Assembly: GCF_009914755.1 (NCBI RefSeq)
Contig: NC_060940.1
DNA length: 64,000 bases
Direction: 5' to 3' (one strand)
Source: the human T2T-CHM13v2.0 reference genome, Homo sapiens
In this document: piece after piece, positions 1 to 22,390 of the stretch
How positions within the stretch are numbered: position 1 is the stretch's first letter
Layout of the letters: each line of letters opens with the position of its first letter
Program-made: the position numbers and the translations under genes
The notes under the pieces: generated by a model
Databases searched by the model: none
What the model saw: only the letters and a program-made list of their open reading frames with translations
Told to the model about the DNA's origin: nothing

Positions 1-89
1 AGGCTGCAGTGAGTTGTGATCACACCACTGCACTCCAGCCTGGGCAGCAGAGTAAGATCCTGTTTCAAAAAATAATAAATAAATAAGGA

Positions 90-1969
<1,880 letters not shown>

Positions 1970-1995
1970 TCAGGAGATTGAGATCATCCTGGCTA

Positions 1996-2301
<306 letters not shown>

Positions 2302-2432
2302 TTATAAGGAAGAGTTTGGATTTAACAGGAGAGTGCCAAGAAGCTCTTCCAGTTTACAAAGCAGGAGAGTATCATTAAGCCTGTGTTTTAGAAGATGACT
2401 GCATTCTGTGATTCTGAAATAGCTATATATAG

Positions 2433-2763
<331 letters not shown>

Positions 2764-2766
2764 TAG

Positions 2767-2991
<225 letters not shown>

Positions 2992-3334
2992 TAGTACAGG
3001 TGGGGTTTCACCATGTTGGCCAGGCTGGTTTTGAACTCCTGACCTCAAATGATCCACCGGCCTCGGCCTCCCAAAGTGCTGGGATTACAGGTGTGAGCCA
3101 TAGTACCCAGCCAGAAATAAATTTATTGACTGATATAAATTAAAATTCCTGTGTATAGCTGGCTTCAGGAAAGCCTGAATAGGTGTTCAAAGAATGTCAT
3201 CAGGAACTTGTCTCACCAATCCCTTACCTGTGTTAGCTTCAATTAAAAAAACATATTTTTGGGCCGGGCGCAGTGGCTCACACCTGTAATCCTAGCACTT
3301 TAGGAGGCCGAGGTGGGTGGATCACCTGAGATCA

Positions 3335-3556
<222 letters not shown>

Positions 3557-5463
3557 TCAAAAAAAAACCAAAAAACAAAAACAAAAAACATTTTTTTAAG
3601 AGACAGTTTCACTCTGTCGCCCAGAGCTGGGTCCAGTAGTGCAATCACAGCTCACTCTAACCTCAAAGTCCTGGACTCAGGCATTCCTCCTGTCCCAGCC
3701 TCCCGAGTCACTGAGACTATAGGCAAGCACCAGCACGCCTGGTTACTTTTTTTTTTTGAAACAGGGTCTCCCTCTGTTGCCTATGGTGGTATGCAGTGGT
3801 GCAATCATGGTTCATTAGAGCCTCAATCTCCGAGGCTCGAGCAATTTTCCCGTGTCAGCCTCCAAAGTAGTTGGGACTACAGGTAAGTGCCACAATGTCC
3901 AGCTAATTTTTTTTTCTTTTTATTGAGACAGAGTCTCGCTCTGTTGCCCAGGCTGGAGTGCAGTGGTGCAATCTCGGCTACAACCTCCGCCTCCCGGGTT
4001 CAAGCGATTCTCCTGCCTTAGCCTCCGAAGTAGCTGGGACTACATGCGCGTGCCACCACGCCCGGCTAATTTTTTGTATTTTTATTAGAGACGGGGTTTC
4101 ACCGTGTTAGCCAGGATGGTCTCGATCTCCTGACCTCATGATCCACCTGCCTCGGCCTCCCAAAGTGCTGGGATTACAGGCATGAGCCTCCATGCCTGGC
4201 CTGTCCAGCTAATTTTTAAATTTTTTGTTTTAGGGATGAGGTCTTGCTATGTTGCCCAGGCTGGTCTTGAAATCCTGGCCTCAAGTGATTCTCCCCTGGC
4301 CTCCCAAAGTGCTGGGATTACAGATGTGAACCACTGCGCCCGGCTGTTAGCTTCATTTTCAGGCAGCCTCTTCTTTCTGCCATTTTGCCGACCAGAGTCG
4401 AAAGAAATCTCATCCCTAAAAGTTCCTGCAATGGTGCTTGGGAAGAATCTCATTGGTCTACAGTAGGTCATAAATTCTTCTGTAAACTAATCACCATGGG
4501 GAAGAGGAGGTAAGGTATGTTCTGCTCGGCCAGGGTAATAGCAGTGGGAACAGAGGATGGACTGGCCAGGAAATAACATGGTGGAGGCAGAGTATGCAAG
4601 TGCTCATTGCTTAGCAGTGTTGGGAAAGAAAGAGGATTTTATCTATTGAATGCCAGCCATGTGTTGGCCACTGTGCTGGGCAAATGCAACTCATTTTGAA
4701 GGCCAGACATGGTGTGGCTCATACCTGTAACCCCAGCACTCTGGGAGGCTGAAGCAGGAGGATCACTTGAGGCCAGGAGTTTGAGACCATCCTGGGTGAC
4801 ACAGTGAGATCTCATCTACAAAAAATGAAAAATTAGCTAGGTCCAGTGGCTCGTGCCTGTGGGCCCACCTCCTGGGGAGACTGTGGCAGGAGGAGGATTG
4901 CTTGAGCCTGGGATGTCAAGGCTGCAATGAACCATAATCACACCACTGCACCCCAGCCAAGGCGACAGAGCAAGATCCTGTCTCAAAGAAACAGACAACA
5001 ACTCAGTCTGTGGAAGAGGGGGACATATAAACAATGACTATCCAATGTACCAGTTACAATGATTGAGGTATACAGCAAGGGCCACTAACACAAAACAGAA
5101 AGGAAAGCATTTGGGCAGTGACTGTGGGTCAGGGGAGAGGCAGTTCCCAGAGAAGGAAATCTTGACTTGAGTTTTATTTATTTATTTTAATTTTTATATT
5201 TTTGAGATGGAGTCTCACTCTGTCACCCAGGCTGGAGTACAGTGGTGCGATCTCGGCTCGCCGAGCCACCACACCTCGCCAGGTTTCAAGGGATAAGTAG
5301 GATACATGAAAGTTTGGTAGGAAACAAAGAGTAAGAGATTTCAGGCCCAGGCTGGGCACGGTGGCTCACACCTGTAATCCCAGCTCTTTGGGAGGCTGAG
5401 GCAGATAGCTTGAGTTCAGGAGTTCGAGACAAGCCTGGGCAACATGGCAAGACCCTGTCTCTA

Positions 5464-5625
<162 letters not shown>

Positions 5626-5632
5626 TTAGTCA

Positions 5633-5791
<159 letters not shown>

Positions 5792-6405
5792 TTAATTTTA
5801 AAAAAGAGATTTCAGGCCCATGTCAAGGGCAAAGAACAGAGTCAAAAAAGAAAAATTGCTGGCCAGGGCAGGGCCTGGTGGCTCATGCCTATAATCTTAG
5901 CAGTTTGGTAGGCTGCGGTGGGAGCATCACTTGAGGCCAGGAGTTTCAGACCAGCCTGGGCAACATAGCAAATCCCTGTCTCTATTTCTTTAAAAAAAAA
6001 AAAAAAAATCTGGCCAGAAAAACCACATCCAAACCAAAGACATATTTAGTTTTGCTCGCACAACATTTTTAGAAATTTTTGAATTAGTTGCCAACATTGA
6101 AAGATCTAGAGCTTTCACATAAAAATCCATATTTCTACTTTATCTTGAAAAGCCAAGTTTGGCTACACAGGGCCAGCATTTCTTCATGGTGACAAGTGGC
6201 TGGCACCACCACAGCCCCTCCACTCCCTGTTCTGGTTCACCCGCCCTGCCTCAGATGCTCATGTTACCTGCACAGTCCTCTCTAGTGAATGAAAGACGGC
6301 TGCCAATCCTTTGTAAATTTCCACATCAAAAGAAGTTGGCTGGGTGTGGTGGCTCACACCTTTAATCCCGGCACTTTGGGAGGCAAAGGTGGATGGATCA
6401 CCTGA

Positions 6406-6636
<231 letters not shown>

Positions 6637-7383
6637 TAGTCTGGCTAATTTTTAAATATTTTTAGAGACAAGGGTCTTACTTTGTTGCCCAGGCTGGTCT
6701 TGAACTCCTGGCCCTAAGTGATCCTCCTGCCTTGGCCTCCCAAAATGCTGGGATTAGAGGTGTGAGCCACTGCACCCAGCCCGCTAACTTTTTATATTAT
6801 TCGTTGAGTTAGGATCTCTCTGTGTTGCCCAGGCTAGTCTTGAACTCCTGGGCTCAAGAAATCCTCCTGCCTTGGCCCCTCAAAGTGCTGGGATTACAGG
6901 TGTGAGCCACCACACTGGAGCCATTATTTATTATTATTTTGTTTGTTTGTTTGTTTTGAAACAGGGTTGCACTTTGTTGCCCAGGTTGGAGTACAGCAGT
7001 GTGATGTTGGCTCACTGCAACCTCTGCCTCCCTGGTTCAAGCAATCCTCCCACCTCAGCCTCCTGAGTAGCTGGGACAACAGGTGCATGCCCAGCTAATT
7101 TTGTATATTTTTTGTAGACACAAGGTTGCACCATATTGCCCAGGCAGTTCTTGAACTTCTGAGCTCAACTGATCCACCCGCCTTGGCCTCCCAAAGTGCT
7201 ATGATTATAGGTGTGAGCCACTGCACCTGGCCAAATTGACAACCATTTTGTTATTTCTCATTATTCTGGGATTTTGAGCAGAAGCATCCTGAGAAAGGAA
7301 GCAAAACCTTTTAGTCTACTGAAAGGATAGGCCTGTAATTGTCACAGAATAACTTCTACCACATTCTATCAGTTAAGCAGTCA

Positions 7384-8300
<917 letters not shown>

Positions 8301-8512
8301 CTAAATAAGTAACTAAGAGGTGGAGTCCTGGGAGGACTCTGGGTGTAATGAGTAAAGCAGAGGAAGAGACACCCCACAGGGGATTGACAGAGAAAGCCAT
8401 AGAGAAAGATGAGAACAAGGGGAGGGTGCGTCGTCGCATATTCGAAAGGAACATGTTCAAGGAGGAGGCATAGTCAGTAGCATTGGATGGACACCAAAAC
8501 GTGTTTGCCTGA

Positions 8513-8903
<391 letters not shown>

Positions 8904-9279
8904 TAGGTGGAAAAGTAGGAAATGAGGAAGTGGAGACAGTGAGTGTCCACCACTCTCTCAAGAAACTCACATGTGAACAATAGGAGTGAAATAGGGAAGT
9001 GGTTTGAGGTTGCCAAGTTGAGAGAGGTTCCCCCTGCACACAGGAACCTGGGTGTGTTTTATATCCTGAAAAGAGAGGGTCTGCAGAGAGAGGCCTGCCA
9101 GTAGAGGAGAAAAGGGTGAAACGATGAGGTGAGATCACTGAAGAAATGGGAGGAATGTGTCCCAAGAGGGATCGGCCTTGGGCCCAATGAGAACCATTAC
9201 TTTAAAAACATTTTTTTAGAGACAGGGTCTCCTTCTGTCATCCAGGCTGGAATGCAGTGGCGCAATCATAGTTCACTGA

Positions 9280-9696
<417 letters not shown>

Positions 9697-10547
9697 TAGA
9701 AATGGAGTCTCACTATGTTGTTCAGGCTTGTCTCAATCTCCTGGCCTCAAATGATCCTCCTGCCTTGGCCTCCAGAAGTGCTGGGATTTCAGGCATGAGC
9801 CACTGTGCCCGGGCAGGAGTGCTTTCAGAATGTGAGTCAGTGCTGACCCTGCAGGTAGATGGAAGATCAGGGCCACATGAGGAGGTGCCAGGCTACCAGA
9901 GCAACCTCTTGCCAATGAAACTGTTACTTCTTTACCTGGAGACTTGTGGGGGCTCCGTGCTACTCACTGGAGAAAACTCCTTGAGAAGGCTCTGTTTGAG
10001 GTCCCCCATGCTCTGCCCCTATGGACCTTCCCAGCATTCTGACCTTTCCTCTCACCCCAAGCATCTGAGGCCCCAGCCTTGGGGGACAGCTCTCCATTCC
10101 CTAAAACGTCATGATCTTTTCCTGCCTTCATCTGAATGGCTCTTCTCCCTCCTGCCTCTCTTCTTTGCTTGGCAGACTCCTATTCAATACCTAGTTCAGG
10201 CCAGGAGCAGTGGCTCACGCCTGTAATCCCAGCACTCTGGGAGGTGAGGCAGGCGGATCACCTGAGGTCAGGAGTTTGAGACCAGCCTGGGCAGTATAGC
10301 AAGACCCCATCTCTAAAAAAATAGAAAAATTAGACAGGTGTGGTGGCTTGCACCTGGAATCCCAACACTTTGGGGTGCCCAGGCGGGCGGATCACCTGAG
10401 GTCCGGAGTTCGAGACCAGCCTGGCCAACATGGTGAAACCTGTCTCTACAAAAAATAGAAAAATTAGACAGGTGTGGTGGCTCACACCTGGAGTCCCAGC
10501 ACTTTGAGAGGCCGAGGCATGCAGATCACTCTGAGGTCAGGAGTTCA

Positions 10548-10760
<213 letters not shown>

Positions 10761-11031
10761 TCATGTCTGCTATGGCAGACCCACAGTCAGCTGCAGCTCT
10801 GAGCCAACTGCAGGATGAAGAACCATTGCCTAATTGGAAAGTGTCAGCATCCCAGAATTCAAAAAAGAAATCTGATGAGGCTTTTCCTGCTTGATATATT
10901 ATATGGAGAATTTAGATCTTATGTTGGTTTGCACAAGTTCCCTGCAGAAAAAAAAATTGCTCTGTGTATATCTCTTGGAAAATAAGATAATACTATTTTT
11001 CCTTTGCAAAGGCAGCTATAACAGATGTGAA

Positions 11032-13485
11032 GACTCAGTGCTCGGTGGTGCCCAGGCTGGAGTGCAGTGGCGTGGTCTCGGCTCGCTACAACCCCGTCTG
11101 GGAAGTGAGGAGCGTCTCTGCCTGGCCACCCATCGTCTGGGATGTGGGGAGCCCCTCTGCCTGGCTGCCCAGTCTGGGAGGTGAGGAGCGTCTCCGACCG
11201 GCCGCCATCCCATCTAGGAGGTGAGGAGCGCCTCTTTCCGGCCGCCATCACATCTAGGAAGTGAGGAGCGTCTCTGCCCGGCCGCCCATCGTCTGAGATG
11301 TGGGGAGCACCTCTGCCCCGCCGCCCCGTCTGGGATGTGAGGAGCACCTCTGCCCGGCCACGACCCCGTCTGGGAGGTGAGGAGCATCTCTGCCCCGCCG
11401 CCCCGTCTGAGAAGTGAGGAGACCCTCTGCCCGGCAACCACCCCGTCTGAGAAGTGAGGAGACCCTCCACCCGGCAGCCGCCCCGTCTGAGAAATGAGGA
11501 GCCTCTCCGCCCAGCAGCCACCCCGTCTGGGAAGTGAGGAGCGTCTCCGCCCGGCAGCCACCCCGTCCGGGAGGGAGGTGGGGGGGGTCAGCCCCCCGCC
11601 AGGCCAGCAGCCCCATCCGGGAGGGAGGTGGGGGGGTCAGCCCCACGCCCCGCCAGCCGCCCCGTCAGGGAGGGAGGTGGGGGGGTCAGCCCCCCGCCAG
11701 GCCAGCCGCCCCGTCCGGGAGGGAGGTCGGGGCGTCAGCCTCCCGCCTGGCCAGCCGCCCCGTCCGGGAGGTGAGGGGCGCCTCTGCCTGGTCACCCCTA
11801 CTGGGAAGTGAGGAGCCCCTCTGCCCGGCCAGCGGCCCCGTCCGGGAGGGAGGTGGGGGGGTCAGCCCCCCACCCGGCCAGCCGCCCCGTCCGGGAGGGA
11901 GGTGGGGGGGGGTCAGCCCCCCGCCCGGCCAGCGGCCCCGTCCGGGAGGGAGGTGGGGGGGGTCAGCCCCCCGCCCGGCCAGCCGCCCGGTCCGGGAGGG
12001 AGGTGGGGGGGGGTCAGCCCCCCGCCCGGCCAGCCGCCCCGTCCCGGAGGGAGGTGGGGGGGTCAGCCCCCCGCCCGGCCAGCCGCCCCGTCCGGGAGGG
12101 AGGTAGGCGGGTCAGCCCCCCGCCCGGCCAGCCGCCCCGTCAGGGAGGGAGGTGGGGGGTTCAGCCCCCCGCCAGGCCAGCCGCCCGGTCCGGGAGGGAG
12201 GTCGGGGCGTCAGCCCCCCGCTCGGCCAGCCGCCCCGTCCGGGAGGTGAGGGGCGCCTCTGCCCGGCCGCCCCTACTGGGAAGTGGGGAGCCCCTCTGCC
12301 AGGCCAGCCGCCCCGTCCGGGAGGGAGGTGGCGGGGTCAGCCCCCCGCCCGGCCAGCCGCCCCGTCCGGGAGGGAGGTGGGGGGGTCAGCCCCCCGCCCG
12401 GCCAGCCGCCCCGTCCGGGAGGTGACGGGCGCCTCTGCCCGGCCGCCCCTACTGGGAAGTAAGGAGCCCCTCTGCCAGGCCAGCCGCCCCGTCCGGGAGG
12501 GAGGTGGCGGGGTCAGCCCCCCGCCCGGCCAGCCGCCCCGTCCGGGAGGGAGGTGGGGGGGTCAGCCCCCCGCCCGGCCAGCCGCCCCGTCTGGGAGGTG
12601 AGGGGCGCCTCTGCCTGGCCACCCCTACTGGGAAGTGAGGAGCCCCTCTGCCAGGCCAGCCGCCCCATCCGGGAGGGAGGTGGGGGGGTCGGCCCCCCGC
12701 CGGGCCAGCCGCCCCGTCCGGGAGGGAGGTGGGGGGGTCAGCCCCCCGCCCGGCCAGCCGCCCCGTCCGGGAGGTGACGGGCGCCTCTGCCCGGCCGCCC
12801 CTACTGGGAAGTAAGGAGCCCCTCTGCCAGGCCAGCCGCCCCGTCCGGGAGGGAGGTGGCGGGGTCAGCCCCCCGCCCGGCCAGCCGCCCCGTCCGGGAG
12901 GGAGGTTGGGGGGTCAGCCCCCGCCCGGCCAGCGGCCCCGCCCGGGAGGTGAGGGGCGCCTCTGCCCGGCCACCACCCCGTCTGGGAGGTGTGCCCAACA
13001 GCTCATTGAGAACGGGCCAGGATGACAATGGCGGCTTTGTGGAATAGAAAGGCGGGAAAGGTGGGGAAAAGATTGAGAAATCGGATGGTTGCCGTGTCTG
13101 TGTAGAAAGAAGTAGACATGGGAGACTTTTCATTTTGTTCTGTACTAAGAAAACTTCTGCCTTGGGATCCTGTTGATCTGTGACCTTACCCCCAACCCTG
13201 TGCTCTCTGAAACATGTGCTGTGTCCACTCAGGGTTAAACGGATTAAGGGCGGTGCAAGATGTGCTTTGTTAAACAGATGCTTGAAGGCAGCATGCTCGT
13301 TAAGAGTCATCACCAATCCCTAATCTCAAGTAATCAGGGACACAAACACTGCGGAAGGCCGCAGGGTCCTCTGCCTAGGAAAACCAGAGACCTTTGTTCA
13401 CTTGTTTATCTGCTGACCTTCCCTCCACTATTGTCCTATGACCCTGCCAAATCCCCCTCTGTGAGAAACACCCAAGAATTATCAA

Positions 13486-13518
<33 letters not shown>
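11032..13518 (+). mobile_element. SVA retrotransposon, 5'-truncated, young (SVA_E/F-like) with long VNTR, SINE-R and poly(A)
   Basis: Alu-like remnant 11032-11093; GC-rich VNTR ~11094-12990 (CCGTCCGGGAGGGAGGTGGGGGGGTCAGCCCCCCGCCCGGCCAGCCGCC units); SINE-R ~12990-13490; AATAAA and A-tail. Perfect 12-bp TSD AACAGATGTGAA at 11020-11031 and 13517-13528. Subfamily inferred from CACCAATCCC/GTAATCAGGG/GTGAGAAACACCCAAGAATTATC variants, recalled from consensus sequences. Confidence 0.95.
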
Positions 13519-14580
13519 CAGATGTGAAAATAAATACACTCAACTCTAATATGATTATACAGAAGAGCATGAATGCATTTCAAATGTTAGATGTTGCTAG
13601 TATTATCAAATGATTTATTTTTCTTTTCTTTTCTTCTTTTCTTTTCTTTTTTTTTTTTTTTTGAAACAGGGTCTCTCTGTCACCGAGGCTGGGGTGCAGT
13701 GACACAATCATGGCCTAATGCAACCTCGACCTGCTGAGCTTAAGCAATCCTCCCACCTCACCCGCCCCCAGAGTGGCTGGGACTGCAGGCACGTGCCACT
13801 GTGCCCAGTTATTTATTTTTTCCTTTTAAATTTTTTGTAGAGACAAGGTCCTACTACGTTACCCAGGCTGGTCTCAAACTCCTGGACTCAAGCAATCCTC
13901 CCACCTCGGCCTTCCGAAGTGCTAGGATTATGGGCCTGAGTCACCACACTCAGCCTCAAATAATTTCATATTGACCTTTTAATCATTATTCCTCTCTGCC
14001 AAGCACTGAAAAGTTGAATCATTATACTCTATTTCTGCAGTGATATAGATTATGAAAATTCCTTTCGAATTCATTGCAGCAGCTAACTTTTTTGAGTCAT
14101 TGACTTCATTTTATATTTTAAAAATTATGAAATACCGTCTGTCATTGCATTCTAATTAAAATTTGTGCAGAATGCTTTGGGAAAATGGATCTTTTATAGA
14201 AAAAAAACTGGAACAAATGATTTCTTTTCTTTCTTTTTTTTGTTTTTTGAGATGGGGTCTTGCTCTGTTGCCCAGGCTGGAGTGCAGTGGCATGATCTCG
14301 GCTCACTGCAACCTCCGCCTCCCGTGTTCAAGCAATTCTCTGCTTCAGCCTCCACAGTAGCTAGGACTACAGGTGCCCACTACCATACCCGGCTAATTTT
14401 TGTATTTTTAGTAGAGATGGGGTTTCACCATATTAGCCAAGCTGGTCTTGAACTCCTGACCTTTTGATCCACCCACCTTGGCCTCCCAAAGTGCTGAGAT
14501 TACAGGCGTGAGCCACCACGCTCGGCCTGGGACAAATGATTTCTATGGCTTTCAAAGATAAAATATATAATATACTAAAT

Positions 14581-14779
14581 CAGGGGTGTCCAATCTTTTG
14601 GCTTCCCCGGACCACATTGGAAGAAGAATTGTCTTGGGCCACACATAAAATATACTAACGATAGCTAATGGGCTAAAAAAAAAAAATCACAAAAAAATCT
14701 CATAATGTTTTAAGTTTACCAATTTGTGTTGGTCTGCATTCAAAGCCATCCTGGATCATCCTGGGGTTGCACAAGCTTG
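14581..14779 (+). mobile_element. MER30 non-autonomous hAT DNA transposon
   Basis: Begins CAGGGGTGTCCAATCTTTTGGCTTCCC and ends GGTTGCACAAGCTTG. Degenerate 8-bp TSD TACTAAAT (14573-14580) / CACTAAAC (14780-14787). Confidence 0.85.
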
Positions 14780-15503
14780 CACTAAACCAACTCTAACATA
14801 GCTTATTCTGTTTTACTGTTAAATTATATCTCTGGGCTGGGCAAGGTGGCGCATGCCTGTAATCCCAGCACTTTGGAAGGCCAAGGTGGGCAGATCACTT
14901 GAGGCCAGGAGTTTGAGACCAGCCTGGACAACATGGCGAAACCCCATCTCTACTAAAAATAGAAAAATTGGCTGGGCACGGTGGCTCATGCCTGTAATCC
15001 CAGCACTCTGGGAGGCCGAGGCAGGCAGATCATGAAGTCAGGAGTTCAAGACCAGCCTGGTCAACATGGTGAAACCCCATCTCTACTAAAAATACAAAAA
15101 ATTAGCCAGGTGTGGGCCGGTTGCGGTGGCTCACACCTGTAATCCCAGCACTTTGGGAGGCCGAGGCAGGAGGATCACAAGGTCAGGAGATCGAGACCAA
15201 CCTGGCTAACACGGTGAAACCCCGTGTCTACTAAAAATACAAAAAATTAGCTGGGTGCGGTGGTGGGTGCCTGTAGTCCCAGCTACTCGGGAGGCTGAGG
15301 CAGGAGAATGGCGTGAACCTGAAAGACGGAGCTTGCAGTGATCACACCACTGCACTCCAGCCTGGGCGACAGAGCGAGACTCTGTCTCAAAAAAAAAAAA
15401 AAAAAAAATTAGCTGGGTGTGGTGGCACACACCTGTAATCCCAGCTACTCCGGAGGCTGAGGCAGGAGAATTGTTTGAACCCAGAAGGCGGAGGCTGCAG
15501 TTA

Positions 15504-15755
<252 letters not shown>

Positions 15756-15859
15756 TTAAATTTTAGTACATTTCCAAAAAAAAAATTCTTGCTAAATTTA
15801 GGTGTAATTAATTATGTATTACGTAATGGTACTGTGGTTAGGTAAAGTAATCCTTATCT

Positions 15860-16432
<573 letters not shown>

Positions 16433-16604
16433 TGGGCTGCGCGCAGAGGCTCACGCCTGTAATCCTAGCACTTTGGGAGCCTGAGGCGGGTGGATCACGA
16501 GGTCAGGAGTTTGAGACCAGTGTGGCCACATAGTGAAACCCTGTCTCAACTAAAAATACAAAAAATTAGCCGGCTGTGGTGGTGTGCACCTGTAATCCTA
16601 GCTA

Positions 16605-16712
<108 letters not shown>

Positions 16713-17063
16713 TCAAAAAAAAAAAAAAAAAAAAAAAAAAAAGATAAAAAAAGAAAATTAAAGTGTGTTTTGTTGTATGTAAATAAAGTTTGTTTTAAAA
16801 AGAAGGAAAATAACGTTACAACTAGAATAAAAATAATCCGCCAGGCATGGTGGTGCACACCTGTAATCCTAGCACTTTGGGAGGCCAAGGTGGGAGGATC
16901 GCTTGAGCCCAGGAATTCAAGACCAGTCTTGGCAAAATGGTGAAACCCTGTCTCTACAGAAAATGCAAAAATTAGCCAGTTGTGGTGATGAGCACCTGTC
17001 CCAGCTACTTGGGAGGCTGAGGCAGGAGACTTGCTTGAACCCAGGAGGAAGAGGTTGCAGTGA

Positions 17064-17537
<474 letters not shown>

Positions 17538-17625
17538 TAGTGATCTGCCCACCTCAGCCTCCCAAAGTGCTGGGATTACAGGTGTGAGCCACTGTGCCTG
17601 GCTAATACTGAAGTATTTAAGTTGA

Positions 17626-17874
<249 letters not shown>

Positions 17875-18114
17875 TAGCCAGGACGGTCTCGATCTCCTGA
17901 CCTTGTGATCCGCCCGCCTCAGCCTCCCAAAGTGCTGGGATTACAGGCGTGAGCCACTGCGCCCGGCTGTTTTAATACACTCTAAGAAAATAATGTGAAA
18001 AAAGAAATGAATCAATGTTTGCTAATATTGCCATATTTGAATCAAATATTGCCAATATATGTTGACCATTGTCAAAGCTGGATGATGGGTACAAAAGAGT
18101 TTATTATACAATTA

Positions 18115-18339
<225 letters not shown>

Positions 18340-18534
18340 TCATTTGAACCCAGGAGGTGAAGGTTGCAGTAAGCTGAGATTGCAGCATTGCACTCCAGAC
18401 TGGGCAACAGAATGAGACTCTGTCTCAAAAAAAATTGGCTGCATGAGGTGGCTCATGCCAGTAGTCCCGGCACTTTAGGAGCCCAAGGTAGAGGATTGCT
18501 TGAGCCTAGGAGGTCGAGTCCACAGTGAGCTCTA

Positions 18535-19044
<510 letters not shown>

Positions 19045-19103
19045 TCATGAGGTCAGGAGATCAAGACCATCCTGGCTAACAGGGTGAAACCCCGTCTCTA
19101 CTA

Positions 19104-19304
<201 letters not shown>

Positions 19305-19659
19305 TCAAATTTTGATAAGGAAAAAAAAAAAGAGAGAATTTGTTGCTTCACATAATGGAAAGGATCTAGCTTCAAGTGCGGCTGGACCCAGGGCGGGCTC
19401 CGGGAGTCTGTCTTGTTCTCTCCCTTTCTTGACCCTACTGTCCTCTAGGTTGGTTCTGTTCTCAGGCAGTTTTGCTTCAGATGAAGGTGGGATGACTACC
19501 AGCATTTCTTAGACTTCTATCCTATAATGTGAGTCATCCAACAGAAAGTTCCAATAAAAGGCCTGCAATTAGCACTTTGGGAGGCCGAGGTGGGCGGATC
19601 ACCTGAGGTCAGGAGTCCCAAACCAGCCTGACCAACATGGTGAAACCCCGTCTCTACTA

Positions 19660-19821
<162 letters not shown>

Positions 19822-20642
19822 TCAAAAAAAAAAAAAAAAAAAAAGGCCTGGAATTAGTTCGCAGGGCACTGTTGGCCTGGCCTGGGTCTCCAGCGCTCAT
19901 CACTCCTCTCTTAATCAGCTGTTCTCTAATGGCAGGAGTGTGCTAATTAGCCTCTGAATCCCCAGCACAAAGCACCCTGCCTGGGACACAAGTAGGTGGG
20001 TGGATGGATGGACAGATGGGTGAGGAAGAGGATAGAAAATAAGCAACACAGTGAGACCATGTCTCTAAAAAAATTAAAAGAGGGCTGGGTGAGGTGGCTC
20101 AGGCCTATAATCCCAGCACTTTGGGAAAAGCTGAAGCGGGAGAATTGCTTGCATTCAGGAGTTCAAGACCAACCTGGGCAATAATGCAAAACCCCCATCT
20201 CCACAAAAAATTTAAAAATTAGCTGGGTATTATGGCACTTGCCTGTAGTCCCAGTGACTCGAGAGGCTGAGGTGGGAGGATCGCTCACTTGAGCCTGGGA
20301 GGTGGAGGCTGCAGTGAGCTGTGATTGTGCCACTGCACGCCAGCCTGGGCGACAGAGTGAGACGCTGTCTCAAAAATAAATTAATTAAATTAAATAAAAA
20401 ATAAGAAAAAGAGCTGGGCACGGTGGCTCACGCCTGTAATTTCAGCACTTTGGTAGGCCAAGATGAGCAGATCGCCTGAGGTCAGGAGTTTGAGACCAGC
20501 CTGGACAACATGGTGAAATCCCATGTCTACTAAAAATTCAAAAAATTTGGCCGGGCGTGGTGGCTCACGCCTGTAATCCCAGCACTTTGGGAGGCCGAGG
20601 CGGGTGGATCATGAGGTCAGGAGATCGAGACCATCTTGGCTA

Positions 20643-21075
<433 letters not shown>

Positions 21076-21310
21076 TTACAAAGCATGCTACCATGCTAAG
21101 GGCAGAAACTCCAAGTGGAAGTGACTTCCCAAAGACAGCATGTTACGTGTGTCATTCTAGGGCCACACTTTCTCCATGGAGAAGGCGGAGGGGGTAGGGA
21201 AAGTTGCCAGCACACTCCAGCCTGGTTCCTGGCACTGTGCCCAGCATTTATAGCTAGTTTCCATTAGTCCTCATCCTCTATAAAGTGAGGGCCACTGTGC
21301 ACCTGTCCTA

Positions 21311-21735
<425 letters not shown>

Positions 21736-22225
21736 TCAAAAAAAAAAAAAATAAATAAATAATAAAAATAAAAAGAGGAGTAATGATTTGATTCCAACAC
21801 TTCAGTCTACCTCTACTGTAGGTATCTGGCTCCTTGGAAGGGCCTCTGGTCCTGTCTCCCTCCAGGGTAGGTGTAATCAGAACTTTTTCAGCTGCAAGTG
21901 CCAGGAATCCAACTCATACTTCTTGGCTTACGTGAAAAAGAAGTGCATTGCCTTATACAACAGGAAAGTTAAGGGTTTCAGGCACAGCTTGATCCAGACA
22001 CTCAAATGATCTCAAGAATATGTCTCTTCATATCTGGCCTCTTCAGGCCTCTGTGTAGACCCATCCTAGCCAGCTTTTTGCTGTTTTTTTTGTTTTTGTT
22101 TTTTGTTTTTTTTTTTTTGAGACAGAGTCTTGCTCTGTCGTCCAGGCTGGCGTGATCTCGGGTTACCAAAACTCCCACCTCCTCAGTTCAAACTATTCTC
22201 CTGCCTCAGCTTCCCAAGCAACTGA

Positions 22226-22390
<165 letters not shown>

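Noticed and set aside
10919-13499. Long Gly/Pro/Arg repetitive ORFs, and a repeat array that could superficially suggest CRISPR
   Set aside because: This is the SVA VNTR/SINE-R. Units are tandem without unique spacers, and GC richness suppresses stop codons.
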